The notes beneath the pieces are model-generated. The model was not told the origin of the DNA. It saw only the letters and a list, made by a program, of their open reading frames with translations, and did not search any database. Source: a virus (Duplodnaviria > Heunggongvirae > Uroviricota > Caudoviricetes). Taken from it: DNA of 20,662 nucleotides. Location: the IMG/VR virus record IMGVR_UViG_2547132273_000013; one strand, given 5' to 3'. Shown piece after piece: positions 19,377-20,662 of this stretch. A program made the translations under genes and the position numbers. The stretch's first letter is position 1. Every line of letters starts with the position of its first letter.

Positions 19377-19542
19377 TATCTGCGGCGACCATCGGGCTGC
19401 TGATTAACTGCATCAGTAAAAATAACGCTTCAGCTTTCGTGACGATATGAATGTTGCCCTCCTCAGCCAGCGCCGCTTCGACGATGGGTTTGAGTTTCAG
19501 GGCAATATCCGCAGATGTTTTCTCTTCTGATTTAACAGCCAT
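19348..19542 (-). CDS. Hypothetical small protein (64 aa), translationally coupled downstream of the gp27-like gene
   Basis: ATG at 19540-19542 preceded by AGAGGAAAA immediately after the gp27-like stop (TAA 19556-19558); stop TGA 19348-19350. Its 3' end overlaps the 3' end of the plus-strand small gene by 29 nt. The longer track ORF (to 19662) would overlap the gp27-like gene, so the internal start is preferred. Confidence 0.4.
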   Translation of the reverse strand: MAVKSEEKTSADIALKLKPIVEAALAEEGNIHIVTKAEALFLLMQLISSPMVAADIIRSGQVCR

Positions 19543-19555
19543 TACATTTTCCTCT

Positions 19556-20134
19556 TTACGCTTTCCCCAGCAGCACATCACGGATACGCTGCTCCAGTTC
19601 TTCGCTGATGCCATCCTGCCCGCGCAGTTCTTCACTGACGGCGTTTGCCGCTTCTTCTGCAAACGCCTGGCGGATCTCTTTCTCGCGTCGGTGGCTGGAC
19701 ATTGCCGTGGATTCCAGACGCTGTGCTGCCAGCATGGCGTTTTTCAGCAGTTCAATATCCACGTCATCTTCCGGTTTTTCGATTTGCCGCATCATGGCTT
19801 TAAAAAGCTGGCTGCGGGCCATTTCCAGAATCAGCTTTGTGGTTTCCCCCATTGGCTTGTCGCCAAGTTCTGCGGTCAGTGCTGACGTCATTTCACGCAT
19901 CTGTCGCAGGTTATGGCCTACCTGTTCGACGTTTGTCGCGTAACGGTTCAGGCCGGAACGGGAGAGTTTCATGTCATCAGGCAGTCCGGCATCTTCAATC
20001 AGGGCGTTAATTTCTTCCAGAATGCGGGCCTGTGGGATTGCCTTGTCACGCAGCATTTCATGCAGTGTTTTGCGCACGTTTTCCGGCAGCAAATCCACTT
20101 TTGAAGCCCGTCCCCGTGTTTTCCTGTCCATCAT
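19556..20134 (-). CDS. DUF3486-family protein, Mu gp27-like (putative terminase small subunit)
   Basis: 192-aa ORF with a basic N-terminus (RGRASKVDLLPENVRKTL...) and acidic C-terminal coiled-coil-like region; sits upstream of the large terminase as in Mu. GGAGG lies just upstream of the tandem ATGs. Confidence 0.75.
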   Translation of the reverse strand: MMDRKTRGRASKVDLLPENVRKTLHEMLRDKAIPQARILEEINALIEDAGLPDDMKLSRSGLNRYATNVEQVGHNLRQMREMTSALTAELGDKPMGETTKLILEMARSQLFKAMMRQIEKPEDDVDIELLKNAMLAAQRLESTAMSSHRREKEIRQAFAEEAANAVSEELRGQDGISEELEQRIRDVLLGKA

Positions 20135-20142
20135 GCCTCCGT

Positions 20143-20433
20143 TCAGAAACGGGGACGTGGACGTTTGACACCGGAAACACGAGCCCGGCCTTCAGCCACA
20201 TCCTGACCACGGGAGGTCAGCGTCACGACATAAAAGCCACGCAGGTTTTCCACGGTGACAAGCTGCTGTTCTGCCAGCCAGTCAATCTGACCACGAACCA
20301 CATCACGTGAAACGTTATGCCCGTAGGCATCCAGGCAATCCTGCAAAATGGATTCGTTAGCCTCGTTATTGCAGTCCATTAGTGAACGCAGGATGACCAG
20401 GCGGCGATCCTGTGTCAGAATGTCGTCAATCAT
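20143..20433 (-). CDS. Small protein, Mu gp26-like (possible winged-helix DNA-binding partner of the packaging module)
   Basis: 96-aa ORF; ATGA overlap with the upstream gene; position immediately upstream of the gp27-like gene. Confidence 0.55.
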   Translation of the reverse strand: MIDDILTQDRRLVILRSLMDCNNEANESILQDCLDAYGHNVSRDVVRGQIDWLAEQQLVTVENLRGFYVVTLTSRGQDVAEGRARVSGVKRPRPRF

Positions 20434-20662
20434 TTGTTGTTCTCTCCGAGCGCCTTTTCGAGCAAAAGCTCCAGTTGATGGGTCAGCACCTGTATGTGCC
20501 GGTTCATCGCTTTCACTTCACCATTGGTTTCTGCGGTCTGTAACCGGACAGCATGTAAATCCTGTGCACTGGGCATGTTTTCGCACTTCGTTTCAAGCGC
20601 GGTTAAACGGCTTTCGATTTGCTCCACACGTTCCGTGCTGGCAAATGTACGCCTCACCGCCC
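20430..20662 (-). CDS. Small coiled-coil protein, Mu gp25-like; possibly truncated by the window's right edge
   Basis: The track ORF starts at GTG 20655-20657, but the frame is open to the window edge so the true start may lie outside. Sequence is heptad-like (RVEQIESRLTALETKCE...LTHQLELLLEKAL). Confidence 0.5.
   Translation of the reverse strand, partial: AVRRTFASTERVEQIESRLTALETKCENMPSAQDLHAVRLQTAETNGEVKAMNRHIQVLTHQLELLLEKALGENNK

Noticed and set aside
1-20662. CRISPR arrays, tRNA/rRNA genes, IS elements or transposase genes
   Set aside because: No regularly spaced direct repeats, no tRNA-like or rRNA-like segments and no transposase-like ORFs seen. The window is fully accounted for by phage structural genes plus the features listed.

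Overview
The whole 20.6-kb window reads as the late (virion morphogenesis) region of a Mu-like (Muvirus-type) phage or prophage, almost entirely encoded on the minus strand and in the same gene order as phage Mu. Reading from high to low coordinates: two small gp25/gp26-like proteins, a DUF3486 gp27-like putative small terminase, large terminase, portal, F-like head morphogenesis protein, G, I protease/scaffold, major head protein T, three small head-completion/neck-type proteins, gp38-like, tail sheath L, tail tube M, gp41-like chaperone, tape measure Y, N, baseplate hub P, spike Q, wedge proteins V/W/R, and the N-terminal constant part of tail fibre S. Family names rest on recalled sequence features and synteny, not on a database search. 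The window's left edge cuts through a sequence matching the Gin/Hin-family crossover site (gix-like), so an invertible tail-fibre segment probably lies just outside. Two places depart from tight operon packing. One is a 186-bp gap between G and I carrying phased CCTTCAAAA repeats, where Mu has its late promoter P_I and central strong gyrase site. The other, the best candidate for something undescribed, is a roughly 450-bp AT-rich cassette between the gp27-like gene and the large terminase. It holds the only well-supported plus-strand gene (71 aa, good Shine-Dalgarno), bracketed by an 11-bp direct repeat and converging on a small minus-strand ORF. No tRNA, rRNA, CRISPR array, transposase or IS element was seen.
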